From the UHGV virus genome UHGV-0123062: a stretch of 36,434 nucleotides of DNA, one strand, 5' to 3'. Positions 34,487 to 36,434 of this stretch are shown here, one piece after another; within the stretch, counting starts at the first letter, position 1, and each line of letters begins with the position of its first letter. The notes beneath the pieces were generated by a model, which was given only the letters and a program-made list of their open reading frames with translations, was not told where the DNA came from and did no database searches. The DNA is from a virus. Both the position numbers and the translations under genes were made by a program.

Positions 34487-34642
34487 AGCTTCAGCCCCTT
34501 GTATCCGTTAAATGATTCGGCAACAATCATCACCCACCACGCGCGTAATCTCACCCCTGCGCCGTTCTCCCGCCACGGCGACAACAAAAAGCAGTAACCC
34601 ACTCCGCACGCACATGCGACCATGCCGCACAGGGAGGGAAAG
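34487..34642. promoter_or_regulatory. Divergent intergenic region between FI (leftward) and D (rightward); presumed late promoters
   Basis: Inferred from gene arrangement only; no canonical TGT-N12-ACA element found. Confidence 0.3.
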
Positions 34643-35752
34643 ATGACCAACACCACCATGCAATTGCTCAGTCAGAGCACAGACCCCGTGAAAATGCCGG
34701 ATTTTGATATTCTCGCGGAGGGGGAAACGCTGTCCGGCGTGGCAGAGCGCCTGATGAGTCTGTCACTGACCGACAACCGGGGATTTGAAGCGGACCAGCT
34801 CACCATCACGCTGGATGATGCGGATGGTCAGTTGCAGCTACCGCCACGGGGCGCGCGTCTGACGGTTCTCATTGGCTGGAAAGGCGAACCGCTGACAGAA
34901 AAAGGCACTTACATTGTTGATGAAATCGCTCACGAAGGACCGCCGGACAGGCTGACGGTTTCAGCCAGAAGCGCAGATTTTCGGGATGAATTTAACGTTA
35001 AACGTGAGGTGTCCTGGCATGATGTGACCGTTGAGCGCGTGGTATCCGCCATCGCTCATCGGTACGGTCTGAAACCGCAAATCAGCGAAATGCTGATGGA
35101 TATCGAAATCGACCACGCCGACCAGACCGAAGAAAGCGATATGTCCTTCCTTACGCGCATGGCGGAAATGCTGGGCGCAATCACCACGGTAAAAAGCGGT
35201 AATCTGTTATTCATCATGCCCGGCGGTGGCGTGAACGCACAGGGCCAGCCGTTGCCATCGTTTGCCATCACACGCAGCAGCGGCGATCGCCATCAGTTCC
35301 GCATTGCTGACCGCGAAGCGTATACGGGGGTACGCGCTTACTGGCTTGATCTTAATTACGGGAAAAAGAAAAAAGTCAGCGTGAAACGCCGTAAACCGCC
35401 AAAACCCAAAAAGGAGAAAAGCAGCAGCCGTGAAGGTGATTATATGGAAGGCGCGGAAGGCAATGTGTTTGTGTTACGCAAGACTTATCAGAACGAGCAG
35501 GCAGCAAGACGCGCAGCGGCGGCAAAGTGGCAGCAACTACAACGCGGAGCCGCATCATTCTCCATCACGCTGGCGCGTGGACGTGCAGAACTCTACCCCG
35601 AAATGCATGGCACGGTAACAGGATTTAAAAGCGAGATTGATAATCAGGACTGGATCATTGCAAAAGCCGAGCACACCATTGATAACAGCGGTTTTACCAC
35701 GCAGCTTGAGCTTGAGGCAAAAATCCCGGAATGGATAGCGGAAACAGAGTGA
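34643..35752 (+). CDS. D: Tail protein D (P2 D-like)
   Basis: Start taken at ATG 34643 (GGGAGGG RBS); listed ORF begins at 34622. Confidence 0.85.
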   Translation: MTNTTMQLLSQSTDPVKMPDFDILAEGETLSGVAERLMSLSLTDNRGFEADQLTITLDDADGQLQLPPRGARLTVLIGWKGEPLTEKGTYIVDEIAHEGPPDRLTVSARSADFRDEFNVKREVSWHDVTVERVVSAIAHRYGLKPQISEMLMDIEIDHADQTEESDMSFLTRMAEMLGAITTVKSGNLLFIMPGGGVNAQGQPLPSFAITRSSGDRHQFRIADREAYTGVRAYWLDLNYGKKKKVSVKRRKPPKPKKEKSSSREGDYMEGAEGNVFVLRKTYQNEQAARRAAAAKWQQLQRGAASFSITLARGRAELYPEMHGTVTGFKSEIDNQDWIIAKAEHTIDNSGFTTQLELEAKIPEWIAETE

Positions 35753-35792
35753 GCAACTTAGAATAGGCAGCACCACGTTAAGGGAGGTCGCT

Positions 35793-36053
35793 ATGTTCCG
35801 TTGTCCGCTTTGTGGCGCATCTGCCCGTATCCGCACCAGTCGTCCGGAAAATGATTCAAACACCGTGCGGCAAAAGTATTACCAGTGTAACAATCTGGAA
35901 TGCGGCGTATGCTTCTCAACACTGGAAGCTTTCCATAAATTCACATCAAAACACGCCTCCGGCGTTCACTCTTCAGAAGGTATCCCGTGGCATGAGCTGC
36001 CAGCTTCACACAGGGGAAACAATCAGATGAGTTTGCCTTTACCTCAGAATTAA
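35793..36053 (+). CDS. ogr: Late transcription activator, zinc finger (Ogr-like)
   Basis: N-terminal C-x2-C ... C-x4-C pattern (MFRCPLCGASARIRTSR...YQCNNLEC) as in P2 Ogr; GGGAGG RBS; terminal position in the prophage. Confidence 0.85.
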   Translation: MFRCPLCGASARIRTSRPENDSNTVRQKYYQCNNLECGVCFSTLEAFHKFTSKHASGVHSSEGIPWHELPASHRGNNQMSLPLPQN

Positions 36054-36113
36054 CAGGCAGAATTGCCGGAGTAACAAAAAAGCGATAGATTACGCGCGGG
36101 TGCCTTTCGGCTG

Positions 36114-36326
36114 ATGGTCGGAGGGAATACCCGAAGGCCAGATGTGGAAAGGCCCCGGAAAACATCTCTGTTTAACCGAGGCCCTAACCGCATTACCTTG
36201 ACAAGTGAAAGGTTAGCGCCTCTCCGGAAAAGGAGCAAGTGCTATGTCGCAAAAATCGCTTACGGCCATCACGTTCTGCGTGACGGCAATCCTCATCATC
36301 TGGATGCTGCACGGTTCGCTGTGTGA
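36114..36326 (+). CDS. Possible mok-like overlapping leader ORF (70 codons)
   Basis: Listed ORF starts upstream of the hok-like gene and overlaps it in another frame, as in hok/mok/sok loci; sequence itself is uninformative. Confidence 0.3.
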   Translation: MVGGNTRRPDVERPRKTSLFNRGPNRITLTSERLAPLRKRSKCYVAKIAYGHHVLRDGNPHHLDAARFAV

Positions 36327-36384
36327 AATACGGATGAGTTTCTGGGGAGCGGAGTTTGCGGCGTTCTTACAGTGTAAGCAGTAA
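36244..36384 (+). CDS. Hok/Gef-family type I toxin (46 aa)
   Basis: Below the ORF-track cutoff; product MSQKSLTAITFCVTAILIIWMLHGSLCEIRMSFWGAEFAAFLQCKQ has an N-terminal TM helix and the conserved SLCE(I/L)R and AAF(L) signatures; AGGAG RBS 8 nt upstream. Confidence 0.6.
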   Translation: MSQKSLTAITFCVTAILIIWMLHGSLCEIRMSFWGAEFAAFLQCKQ

Positions 36385-36434
36385 GGAAACCGCGACGGGG
36401 AAGGCAACTTCCCCGTCAATCGGTTGCCAGGGTA

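Larger units (their letters stand above)
50..36053. mobile_element. P2-like (Peduovirus-type) prophage, near complete, integrase to ogr
   Basis: Contiguous P2-type gene order int-C-cox-A-Q-P-O-N-M-L-X-Y-lysis-R-S-V-W-J-I-H-G-U-T-E-FII-FI-D-ogr recognised from the translated ORFs; att cores not identified. Confidence 0.85.

Overview
The window is an almost complete P2-like (Peduovirus-type) prophage of an enterobacterial host, about 36 kb, running from the integrase (50..1042, -) to the late activator ogr (35793..36053, +). Gene order is int - C repressor - cox-like - early-region small ORFs - replication initiator A - [accessory cargo] - Q/P (portal, terminase) - O/N/M/L (capsid) - X, holin, endolysin, spanins - [esterase moron] - R/S/V/W/J/I/H/G (tail completion, baseplate, fibre) - [invertible fibre segment + serine invertase] - U/T/E/FII/FI on the opposite strand - D - ogr, followed by a hok/mok-like type I toxin locus. 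Family assignments rest on reading the translated ORFs for motifs, sizes and synteny; no database search was run. The accessory content is the interesting part: (i) in the A-Q variable slot, a complete ParM/ParR actin-type partition cassette with upstream palindromic repeats, followed by a two-gene unit whose first protein carries a near-exact copy of the ClpX N-terminal zinc-binding domain; (ii) a four-gene translationally coupled operon ending in an SPFH/band-7 lipoprotein; (iii) an AT-rich convergent gene pair; (iv) a NanS-p-like SGNH/SASA esterase between lysis and tail genes; (v) a Hin/Gin-family invertible tail-fibre segment bounded by ~227-bp inverted repeats. The FI-FII-E-T-U tail block is inverted relative to canonical P2 synteny. 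att sites and cos could not be pinned down.
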